Virus record (IMG/VR): IMGVR_UViG_3300025030_000004
Location: 32,001 to 96,000 of that record
Reading direction: 5' to 3' (one strand)
Length of the DNA stretch: 64,000 nt
Origin: a virus
Part shown: positions 40,051-49,100 of the stretch, piece by piece
Numbering within the stretch: position 1 is the stretch's first letter
Layout: every line of letters starts with the position of its first letter
The notes under the pieces: model-generated
What the model was told of the DNA's origin: nothing
Database searches by the model: none
What the model saw: only the letters and a program-made list of their open reading frames with translations
Program-made: the position numbers and the translations under genes

Positions 40051-40395
40051 CTAGTATCCTTTCGGTATTTCATTAGTTTGACTAAAATTAGTATCCAGCT
40101 CTGTATTTTGAACAGAATTATCTTCCGCGCTCATAATTTGCGTAAATATATTCTCATTTTCTTGAGTTTGACTTTGAGCATTATAAGAATCCTTTTTAAA
40201 GTAACTCAAACCTTTCCTGAGCACAAGTAAACTACCTACCGCATATGCCAATTCATTAATTAAGGCACTTTCTACAGATTTAAATACCCACATATATAAA
40301 ATTGTGAACACAATAACCAATAATAAAAACGAAAGCAATAACTTTTCCACATCTTTTATATCAAGCCCGTCTTGATCAGACCAAAATCCCTTCAT
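40051..40395 (-). CDS. two-TM holin-like protein
   Basis: two hydrophobic helices; lysis cluster. Confidence 0.6.
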   Translation of the reverse strand: MKGFWSDQDGLDIKDVEKLLLSFLLLVIVFTILYMWVFKSVESALINELAYAVGSLLVLRKGLSYFKKDSYNAQSQTQENENIFTQIMSAEDNSVQNTELDTNFSQTNEIPKGY

Positions 40396-40414
40396 ATTAT
40401 TTACCTCCTCTCGC

Positions 40415-40824
40415 TTAAAAAATAGGAATAGTAACGGTTACACCTTTCATTGCAAAATATCCTAGAATTAATACCCCAATAATTGAACCGCTAATTTTTA
40501 ATATATTAATAATAATATCCTTTTTATTTGTCGATTTGGTTTTAGTAAGCTCAGTTGAATTATTAGAGGTATTGATTACAATTTGTGACATTGTTTGCAT
40601 CATTGAATTAGCTGTTTGCAAATAATTGTTTTCAAAACGTACCAATGTGCCTTTTACATCTTTCATTGAATCTTCCAGATTATTAAGTTTTTCTTCAAAA
40701 CTTGCACTTTTAATTTGCAAATCTATAATTTTTTTATCGTGATCATCAATTTTCTTACCATGATCATCAAGAATTATTTTTACTTCATCTTCAATTCCCA
40801 CTTCTTCCAACACCTCATCTTTCA
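40415..40824 (-). CDS. XhlA-like lysis accessory protein (coiled coil plus C-terminal TM)
   Basis: GGGAGG RBS before TTG 40824; H.K.I.DH..KI..L coiled coil, C-terminal TM. Confidence 0.6.
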
Positions 40825-40852
40825 AAGATAGCTGCCCTCCCTTTAAAATAAT

Positions 40853-40958
40853 TTGCAAATAATCTGAATCTATGGTATAATTAATTGCCAATACTATAGA
40901 CATGTTCTATAGCCAAAGGCAACAAGGGAAGCAGGGCAATGCAACCCTTGTTATTTTT
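40853..40958 (+). ncRNA. promoter plus ~72-nt two-hairpin small RNA antisense to the lysis operon
   Basis: TTGCAA-N17-TATAAT with TG; hairpin CTATAGA/TCTATAG; terminator AACAAGGG...CCCTTGTT-ATTTTT. Confidence 0.6.
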
Positions 40959-40974
40959 GACTTTGAACTATCAA

Positions 40975-42471
40975 TTACTTCACCTTACCTATATGCTTGA
41001 GCACAGAAATCAAAGTATCGTATCGATCTACCCCAGTTAAATGTAAGGTAATATTAGAGTTGAATTTTTGTCCTCCTATTTGAATCACTTCTTCATATGT
41101 TTCCAATATATCTTGTGTCATTTCACTTGCATCAATTGCTTTAATTTTAGTAAAGTCAGACAAATACATGGCTGCTCTAGCATCGGGTTCATATAGACTA
41201 AATATTATTTTCCCTTGTTTTTTAGGAACAATTTCCTTTTTAATCAACTCATATATTTGAATGATTTCCTGTCCGTAATTATTCCCCGGAACAGCCCATC
41301 TCCCATTTAAATCCTCCCAATTTGTGGCAACCCCTCTTGCAACTAAATCAAATCTAGGATCAACTTTTGCTAAATTAGATGGTAATGATTGTTTCGAAGC
41401 GTAAGCAAATAAATGTTCTAAATGTGCTAAAACACCTTCATCCTGAGAATTAAAGAATGTTCCACTTGCACCATTTCCTATTGCCCCAATTCCTGCATAA
41501 TTATTTTGATTTGATTTGACATCTCCACCGTAACGCAAATATGAAGTTTCTTTAATCATTTGAGCTACTGCGTAACCCCATTTGATTCCAAGTAATTCAC
41601 CATATTTTTTATAGAATGGAATAATGTTTGGCGCGTTAGGATTTACTTTTTTAATAAATTGATTACATTGTTCAATTGTTACAGTTTCAGTACCTAGAAT
41701 TGGAGTTTTTGGAGTAGATGGGGGCGGAACGCTTCCACCAATCACACCTAAATCAAAAATCTTACCATCTTTAACACATTCTAGAGTTACACTTTTACCT
41801 TTGAGATTTTCATTTGAGTAATTAATGCTTTTTTGTTTTCCAGTGAGGACAATTAATTGGACGTTATTTACTTTGATTCTAAATAATTCATTTTCATAGT
41901 TAGTTGAGAGAGGTGGAGTGGGGGATGGGGGAGAGGGTTGTTGTATTTGTTCGTTCCTTCGTTTGATTTCATTATTAATAGCAACAATTAATTGTTGCCA
42001 AGTTTTACCCATTCTTTGTAAATATCCATAGGGATCTGTGTGATTAACTCCTGCGTATAAAGACCTCAATCCATTATGCGACCACACATTGTCATCAACA
42101 TTCCAACCATGACGAATACAAACATCAGCAACGAGCCAAACGGTTTTATTCCAAACAATATTAAATTGATTTTTATCATTTGTTTCTGCCATCTCTATTC
42201 CTAACCATTCTCGATTCCCCTGCCAACTGCCTGTATGCCATGCTATTTCGTTTTCGGGAACGAATTGATAAATTTCATTTCCAATCCAATCTGCAATAAA
42301 ATGAACTGAAGATTGCCTATCTGCGCTGTTCCAATAATTATAATGATTAAGAGAAGTCGCTCCAATGTTGGCTGTGGAATGAATTGTAATTCCCTTTAAT
42401 TTAACAAATGGTTCTTTAGACCTATTTTTAGATATAAATTGTTGTTTAATATACATTGCATTCATCTCCAA
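40975..42471 (-). CDS. endolysin: Amidase_2 + glucosaminidase + cell-wall-binding tail
   Basis: IHSTAN, SVHF, AWHTG, IEMAE, HTDP; Pro linkers; AQMIKET, NNYAGIGA, GRWA; GVDRYDT. Confidence 0.9.
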   Translation of the reverse strand: MEMNAMYIKQQFISKNRSKEPFVKLKGITIHSTANIGATSLNHYNYWNSADRQSSVHFIADWIGNEIYQFVPENEIAWHTGSWQGNREWLGIEMAETNDKNQFNIVWNKTVWLVADVCIRHGWNVDDNVWSHNGLRSLYAGVNHTDPYGYLQRMGKTWQQLIVAINNEIKRRNEQIQQPSPPSPTPPLSTNYENELFRIKVNNVQLIVLTGKQKSINYSNENLKGKSVTLECVKDGKIFDLGVIGGSVPPPSTPKTPILGTETVTIEQCNQFIKKVNPNAPNIIPFYKKYGELLGIKWGYAVAQMIKETSYLRYGGDVKSNQNNYAGIGAIGNGASGTFFNSQDEGVLAHLEHLFAYASKQSLPSNLAKVDPRFDLVARGVATNWEDLNGRWAVPGNNYGQEIIQIYELIKKEIVPKKQGKIIFSLYEPDARAAMYLSDFTKIKAIDASEMTQDILETYEEVIQIGGQKFNSNITLHLTGVDRYDTLISVLKHIGKVK

Positions 42472-42573
42472 AAATTATTTATATTTTATGATTTTTAAGC
42501 AAAAGAAAAACACTAGATGATTTTTCCCTAGTGTCTATTTCTTGCGAAATAATTTTAAATTATTATATATTGT

Positions 42574-43563
42574 TTATTGCACAAAACATTTTTTATATGT
42601 ATGATTAACGTGATCATCTGTAACTTGACAATAAATTTGAGTGGTTTTTGGATCGCTATGCCCAAGAATATTTTGGACTGTACTTAAATCACAATTATTA
42701 TTTAGTAAAAGTGTTGCAGTTGTGCTCCGCATGACATGTGGGTGGAACTCTTTGTTTATTCCACAATTGTTTAATATTGTTTTAAATTCTCTTTGAATAC
42801 CACGTTTTGATAATCTTCTATATGGTTTTCTCTCTGTAATAAATAGAGCAGGGTCATTGTCCGTCCTAGAATTTATGTATTTTTTCATTTGAAATATTGC
42901 TTTATATCCAAAATACACATCTCTCTGTTTATCGCCTTTGCCAATTACTCTAATTTTCATATTTTGCCAATCAATATCCGTAAAACGATTAATATTATAA
43001 ATTTCTGATAACCGACACCCCGTAGCATAGAAAACTTCTATCATTGTTTTTTGGCGTGGTGTTTTACAAGACTCTCTGATCTGTTCTAATTCTTCTATTG
43101 TCAAGGCTTTAGGTAATCTCTTTTCTTTCTTTGGATTTTTTATTTTGCTAGTAGGGTCTGACAGAATTATTTCCTCATTCTTTAACCAACTTAAAAAACT
43201 TTTTAAAACAGATATTCGCCTAGACAATGAACTAGTTTTTAATTTATCCCACTTACTTAAATACATTCTAATATCATTAGTACTAATATCTTCGACTCTT
43301 TTCTGGACATGTTTTGCAAATATTGACAATTCTAATTTATAACTTTTTAATGTTAACTCACTTAACCCCTCTAATTTCTTACCTGATAAAAATAACTTAA
43401 TTTTTTCTTGTAAGTCCATACATTCATTCCTATATGGGGATATTATAGAGATATTATATTTGGTTAATATAGTATTTAGATTATGTAATTGGGACTCTGT
43501 ATTTATTAATGGAAAGTTCTCCATTATTTCTTGTTGTAATAGTTCATTGTAAATGTTTGGCAT
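42574..43563 (-). CDS. XerC/D-like tyrosine recombinase
   Basis: TGCRLSE, GKGDKQR, HPHVMR, LGHSD..TTQIY; AAAGGAG RBS before ATG 43563. Confidence 0.92.
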   Translation of the reverse strand: MPNIYNELLQQEIMENFPLINTESQLHNLNTILTKYNISIISPYRNECMDLQEKIKLFLSGKKLEGLSELTLKSYKLELSIFAKHVQKRVEDISTNDIRMYLSKWDKLKTSSLSRRISVLKSFLSWLKNEEIILSDPTSKIKNPKKEKRLPKALTIEELEQIRESCKTPRQKTMIEVFYATGCRLSEIYNINRFTDIDWQNMKIRVIGKGDKQRDVYFGYKAIFQMKKYINSRTDNDPALFITERKPYRRLSKRGIQREFKTILNNCGINKEFHPHVMRSTTATLLLNNNCDLSTVQNILGHSDPKTTQIYCQVTDDHVNHTYKKCFVQ

Positions 43564-43587
43564 AGCACTGTCTCCTTTCTCATAAAA

Positions 43588-43616
43588 AGTATACCATACT
43601 ATGCCATCAATTACAA
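43588..43616 (-). promoter_or_regulatory. sigmaA promoter of tyrosine recombinase
   Basis: TTGTAA-N17-TATACT with TG extension. Confidence 0.65.
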
Positions 43617-43642
43617 ACAAACTAAAAATAATTAATTATCAC

Positions 43643-43674
43643 TTAGTGAACTACATGCGTCTATTATGCAACAA
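43643..43674. other. candidate tyrosine-recombinase site (cassette boundary 1)
   Basis: TTAGTGAACTACA-TGCGTC-TATTATGCAACAA at GC-content step. Confidence 0.55.
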
Positions 43675-43801
43675 TTGGATTTCCGTTATCATCAAGTCCG
43701 AGCGCCAACAAGTCCTCGTGAACCGCTGCCTGATACTTCGTTGGAATTTGAACAAAAGTTCTTCTCCCGCTTATGATTAACGCAACATATAAATCTACCA
43801 C
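43664..43801 (-). CDS. CD1375-like small tail-fibre-associated protein (45 aa)
   Basis: GGAGG RBS; MVDLYVALIISGRRTFVQIPTKYQAAV... Confidence 0.75.
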   Translation of the reverse strand: MVDLYVALIISGRRTFVQIPTKYQAAVHEDLLALGLDDNGNPIVA

Positions 43802-43835
43802 ACTAATCCCTCCTGTTAATTTTTTAATTAGCCAA

Positions 43836-43937
43836 TTAAGCATTCAGCATCGCTTGCACTTCGGCACGATACTTCTCTGGTATTTGCTCGATTGTACGCC
43901 TGTTTTCCATGACTAACCGATAATACATTTCTACCAT
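43836..43937 (-). CDS. CD1375-like small protein (33 aa), paralogue
   Basis: MVEMYYRLVMENRRTIEQIPEKYRAEVQAMLNA*. Confidence 0.7.
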   Translation of the reverse strand: MVEMYYRLVMENRRTIEQIPEKYRAEVQAMLNA

Positions 43938-43938
43938 T

Positions 43939-44211
43939 TTATACCGTCCCTTTCGCAAGCATATCTTCATACATTGTGGCGAGTACATCCATCATGATAA
44001 GATTATCCTGTTTTAATGATTCGACTTGTTCCTCTAATGTTAGTGTTGGTGTAAATGGAATAGGCTCTGGAGTGATGAAGGCTCCGTTTTCTTGCATGAT
44101 TTGTCCTACTTCTCCGAAATTGGATTGGATTTCATTTTCTTGAAAAATATAATGTTCAAGTACCTGTTTAGTTTCTGTCACTTCATTGTTAATAACTTTA
44201 ATAACTCTCAT
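43939..44211 (-). CDS. tail fibre assembly/chaperone (XkdW-like)
   Basis: PTLTLEEQVESLKQDN pattern; directly after fibre gene. Confidence 0.65.
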   Translation of the reverse strand: MRVIKVINNEVTETKQVLEHYIFQENEIQSNFGEVGQIMQENGAFITPEPIPFTPTLTLEEQVESLKQDNLIMMDVLATMYEDMLAKGTV

Positions 44212-44221
44212 GTCAACCCTC

Positions 44222-45310
44222 CTAGTAGAATTCGATTAGTTGCCATTTAACGTTTAGGTTGCTAGTAGTACCGATTACAAAAGTTAAGGTCGTTCCATTG
44301 GTAATTGTTGCCCTAAGTAATACTTCTGGGAAAGACCCGGCGGTACCTGGTATTGCAGACACAAATAACAAAGATTTTAATGGGTCAACGTTACTAACAG
44401 TTACAGTTCCCGTCAACGCTAATAAGTAGCTACCAGTTTGTAAACTTTTTACATTATAAAATTCAACAACTGTCCAATTAACTGTATGCGTATCTGATGA
44501 CGTACCAGTTTTCCTTGTAATTGTTAGGGTTGTCGAATCTGTTATTACAGCAGCATAACTTGAATCGGCCGCATCTGGAGTCGTGTTACTGGTGAAGCTA
44601 TAATTTATCATTACAACCGCTTTTGTTAAGTCTACGGCTGCAAGAGTTACCACCTGTGTCGCGGTTGCCGCGAACGCAACTGATCCCCTCTGAATGCTTT
44701 TAATGTTACTATACGTTCCTGTTACTGGATTTTTAGGATCTGTCGTGTATGCAGTTTTACCTAAAACGATGTCTGCAGCGGTTGCCGTCCCTGTTAAGGC
44801 TAAAGTACCAGTAATATCACCTGCATCCGTACTCGCTGTTTTACCAGAGAGAAGGTCGGATGCTGTGGCATTTCCACTTGCCCCTTCACCCTGTAATATA
44901 AAATTTGTACCATCGTACCTCAGCGTATAAATCCCTGCGGCTTTTAGATTCGTCGCATCAGTTCCATTTGCTTTTTTAATGCCCTTTGCGCCTTTGCCAT
45001 TCCAATTTAATGTGCTTGCCCCTGTGCTATCTAAGTTGAATTTAACACTTACTGCCATTCCTGTCGTGAGTGCTGCTATCGTTGGCGTTGCTATTGCGTA
45101 AGTGTTAGCTGCGCCAGTGGTTACCCCAGCGTAGGGTACTTGTAGCGTATAATCCGCCTTTTCTACATTAAAGTTTGTTACTATTTCTTGTAAAGCACCT
45201 TCAACATCTGTGGCAGTAATTATATTTCCTGCATCTTGAATACTTACTTTATTGGCATCAGTACCGACAACTTCCCAAACAGTACCGTTCCAATACTTTT
45301 GTTTTGCCAT
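44222..45310 (-). CDS. tail fibre / receptor-binding protein
   Basis: TDVEGALQE, YDGTNFILQGEG, GNATASDLLSGKTA, two IKSIQRG/VKSLQTG repeats. Confidence 0.8.
   Translation of the reverse strand: MAKQKYWNGTVWEVVGTDANKVSIQDAGNIITATDVEGALQEIVTNFNVEKADYTLQVPYAGVTTGAANTYAIATPTIAALTTGMAVSVKFNLDSTGASTLNWNGKGAKGIKKANGTDATNLKAAGIYTLRYDGTNFILQGEGASGNATASDLLSGKTASTDAGDITGTLALTGTATAADIVLGKTAYTTDPKNPVTGTYSNIKSIQRGSVAFAATATQVVTLAAVDLTKAVVMINYSFTSNTTPDAADSSYAAVITDSTTLTITRKTGTSSDTHTVNWTVVEFYNVKSLQTGSYLLALTGTVTVSNVDPLKSLLFVSAIPGTAGSFPEVLLRATITNGTTLTFVIGTTSNLNVKWQLIEFY
45140..45171. other. candidate tyrosine-recombinase site inside the fibre gene (cassette boundary 2)
   Basis: TTGTAGCGTATAA-TCCGCC-TTTTCTACATTAA, encoding NVEK-ADYTLQ, at GC-content step. 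Confidence 0.55.
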
Positions 45311-46104
45311 TAGCTCGCCTCCCTAAATAAATCTATGGGAATTTTATATTTAAGAGATTCTGGTATCTCTTTTAATAAATAAAAGTAATATCCACCTGCT
45401 TGATTTAGTTGTTTTTTAAGACATTTACCAATAGTTGAACGATTTACTTTTAAATCACTAGCACAAATTACTTGGTTATTCCAGATACCTATGAATCCAC
45501 CATCTAAATCAAAAACAGCAAACTCCTTTAAAATTGTTCGCTGAATCATCGATTGTAACTTTTCGTCTGTAAATTCATCTTTAAATATTAATACTTTTCT
45601 TTTAACTGAGTTTTTCCCTTTAATCCCTAACAATACATTATTTACTGACGATATACATACCCCAATTTCTTCCGCAAACTTAGTCTGAGAAAAAGCACTC
45701 TTAATGAAATTGCATTCTAAATCAAACACCAGAAACTCTCTGCCTCCATGCATCATGGATAATCCATCTGCATTATCATTGGTTGTTTTATTGAATTGAC
45801 CACCTACAGTCATGTTATATCCATTAACACCATAGCAATTATAATAATCAATCCAATATAATTCTTTCTCATCGAGTTCTTCTTGATTTTCTGCTATATC
45901 AATTATTGCCCATTCAAATGCATCTTCACCATATTTACTAATTGCAAGATGGAAAGCATATTTACTTTCATTATTAGCTTGACTTATATGCTCTTTCTTT
46001 CTTCTATTTAATCCTCTAATTGTTTGCCCTATGTACCGTTTATCATTAACCGTATTTGTTGCACAATAAATAATTCCATATACATTACTTTTATTTACAT
46101 TCAA
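45310..46104 (-). CDS. GIY-YIG homing endonuclease with NUMOD1-like repeats
   Basis: GIIYC...RYIGQT..R, E..WI, GYNMTVGG. Confidence 0.88.
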   Translation of the reverse strand: MNVNKSNVYGIIYCATNTVNDKRYIGQTIRGLNRRKKEHISQANNESKYAFHLAISKYGEDAFEWAIIDIAENQEELDEKELYWIDYYNCYGVNGYNMTVGGQFNKTTNDNADGLSMMHGGREFLVFDLECNFIKSAFSQTKFAEEIGVCISSVNNVLLGIKGKNSVKRKVLIFKDEFTDEKLQSMIQRTILKEFAVFDLDGGFIGIWNNQVICASDLKVNRSTIGKCLKKQLNQAGGYYFYLLKEIPESLKYKIPIDLFREAS

Positions 46105-46135
46105 TACACATCACATCCCTTCAAAAATAAATTCA

Positions 46136-46161
46136 AAAAGAGTACATGAAAGTACTCTTTT
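46136..46161 (-). terminator. stem-loop after the long fibre gene
   Basis: AAAAGAGTAC-N6-GTACTCTTTT. Confidence 0.6.
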
Positions 46162-46190
46162 ATCCTAAAATTAATTTTAAATTGTTATTT

Positions 46191-49100
46191 TTAGTTTAGA
46201 TCAATCCAAATGTCGTTTGTAATTGGATTACTTGGAGCGACAGTCCCAACCGTAAAATCATGACCATTAATTTTTTCTGCATTGTCAACTATTCCATTTA
46301 GGTTCAGGTCATAAACTGATTTTGTCATATCTCCTGCCCCTAAGGCAGTTACAGTATTTTGCACAAAAGCAGTAGTGGCTAATTGTGTTGTATTTGTTCC
46401 CGTGGTTGCTGTTGGGGCGGTTGGAATACCAGTAAATACAGGAGAGCCTAAATCCGCTTTAAATGAATCATATGAATAAAGTCTTAACCTCCCTCCTTTA
46501 TACTCATATATGGGGTGATCGCCGATCAATCTCATTGTGGCATATGTGTCACCCATAAAACCTAAGAAAATATATACTTTCCCATTTTCTGAAGATGGTA
46601 GTGTCTGAGTTATCCATGCGGTAGAACCAGCTATCCCTGCCCCATCCAATACGAAATTACCATTGGCATTCATAGTGCCTACTAAATAAACTGGTCTATA
46701 TGCAGTAGCCCAGCCACTCGGATTATTAATCGTATAGTGAAAATTACTGTAATAATATTCGCTCCATAGATAGCCCCCTCCACCGTTGGCATTAGCGAGT
46801 AGATCTGTTGAAGTTCCGTGATATAGTATCGTGCCACCTAACTTAAATTCAGCAGATGATACAGTCTTGGTTGTAGCCGTAGTCCCTTCTAGTGTTAACG
46901 GATAGAACTTACCATCAATGCCCTCCATTACAAACTGATATCCATACATCGTTGTTCCAGCAGTAATGTTATTCTGCCAACGCATTTCATAGTCGGACGT
47001 TGAATCATAATCAGAACCCTCTGTCATGAAAGAGCCGCCATTAAGTGTTTCGGAATAAATTAACAAAAGTATAGAATTTGGTTGATAATGTGTGGTCAAT
47101 TTAGAATTTGAATACCTATAAATAGTTTTAGCACCTAATCCATTAATATCTAATGTAGTTGTTGTTGCTCCTGCAATTGGTACTTTATATAGAATAGCTA
47201 ATCCATCATAGTATGAAGTTATGACTGCTTCAGTAGCAAGCCAAGTTCCAGCTACAGTCCCAGTACCATTTATAAAATATGGCGTTACACCTACAGTTAT
47301 ATCTGCTCCAGTATGAGTATGAATAGAAGATGCTTTTCCGTCCAAAGTTGTTTGAAGATTATCAACATTTGAAATGACATGGTTATGGGAGTCATCTACT
47401 ACGGTTGCAGTTAAAGTGCCACTACCCAAATCGGTTAATGTTACACTACCAGTTAAATCCCCTCCAAGAGTAATTGTAGGATCTGGTTTGTTTGTTGCGT
47501 TATTAAAATCTAAGTAGTATGAACCCTCCTGATCATCTAGTTCGTCAGCGTTTAAGTTTGTTACTTTAGATGTTGATGTTATAGTTAGTGTATCGGTATA
47601 TGTATTTGACCAGTAATAAGAAGGATCTCCTAGAGTGTATAAACTATCTGTGTAAGGATATATATTTCCATAAACAGAAGAACCGCCTTTTGATATAAAT
47701 GTTTCTTTTAATCCCTCAGAACCATAATTTAATACTCCTATTTGTGCTATTCTAAATCCAGTTGCAGTTACCCAATCACTAAAAGTTAATCTTACTTTAT
47801 TAAATCCAGTTCCGTTGTTATGACTAAATGTTATGAAATATTCTCCTCTACCATTTCCTGTAACGGTAGCCTTATTTGTCCAATCTACTTCTCCGTTATT
47901 TGGGTTCATTACATCAACTGTAATGTTTCTTGATCTCCAAGCAGAAGCACCAAACGCAATGTATATAGTATTAGTCCATGTAAAAGTTTTGTGTAAAACT
48001 AATTCTATTGAAATTGAAGTGACACCTGTTGGATTGATTGCCCAATATGAAGGAGAACCATCAAACACATTGTTTAAATCAGTACTTTGTAATACACCAT
48101 CATAATATACTGATGCGCTACCGCCTCTTTTTAACAAAAATGCAATATCATTGTTTATGAATGGAATAATAGCTTTTCCATTTTCTGGGTGCGTGTCAAT
48201 ATATATTTGAGAATCAGTATATCCGCTACCAAAATACTCTGGATCAATATTTGTTACAGGAATAATAATATTTGATGAACCATCAAATGAAGTGGCAGTT
48301 CCAGTAGCACCACCACTCATAGCTATAGTTCTAGCGGTCGTTAATTTTGAAGCACTTAAAACATTTTTAGCTGAATCAGCAATATTGTCTGCTGATCCTA
48401 AACCAACTTGAGATTTAGTAACTGAGTGAGGATTTGATGAATTACTAGTATGAGAAGTTAATGTTGTTAGATTATCGGATATTTGTTTTTGTAATTTGCC
48501 TAAAGCACCAAGAATTGTATCAGTAGTAGTTATAATAGCATTTGTGGCTGTAGATAATCCTGTTAAAACCGTTGATAAAACTGTTGAAGCAAAATCTGAT
48601 ATTTTAGATGAAGTTGTTGTTCCTGTTAGATTACCAATATTTATATTTGACTCAACTACATCTAAAGTGGGATTTCCTGCAACTCCAGCAGGATTTGTTA
48701 TGCTTAATTTAGTAGAACCTACAGCTATATTTCTTTTTGTAAAAGTATCTGTTCCTGTTTCTACTACTAAACCTGTTGTAGTGTCTAACCCTGCAAGAGC
48801 AGTAAGGGTAGCATCACTTGTTTGTTTCCCGTTTAATTGAGTTTGAATAGCAGAAGTAACTCCACTAACATACCCTAATTCTGTTGAAGTTACTGCACTT
48901 GTAGCAACCTTACCGCTAGAATCTGAAACCAACGCTTTACTAATAGTTAAATTAGAAGAAGTTATTGAAGTTGCTCCACCTGTAATTGTATTTTGTTTGG
49001 ATGTATCAGAAGGATGAACGTGATCTGCCCTTGGAATATTACTAGAAGTCCCTACTGAAACATTTCCATCCATTTTCATATTAGTTGTGGATGTTTCAAA

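Noticed and set aside
43660-45160. GC-richer block as host DNA or a prophage boundary
   Set aside because: It encodes phage tail genes in frame with the flanking fibre gene.
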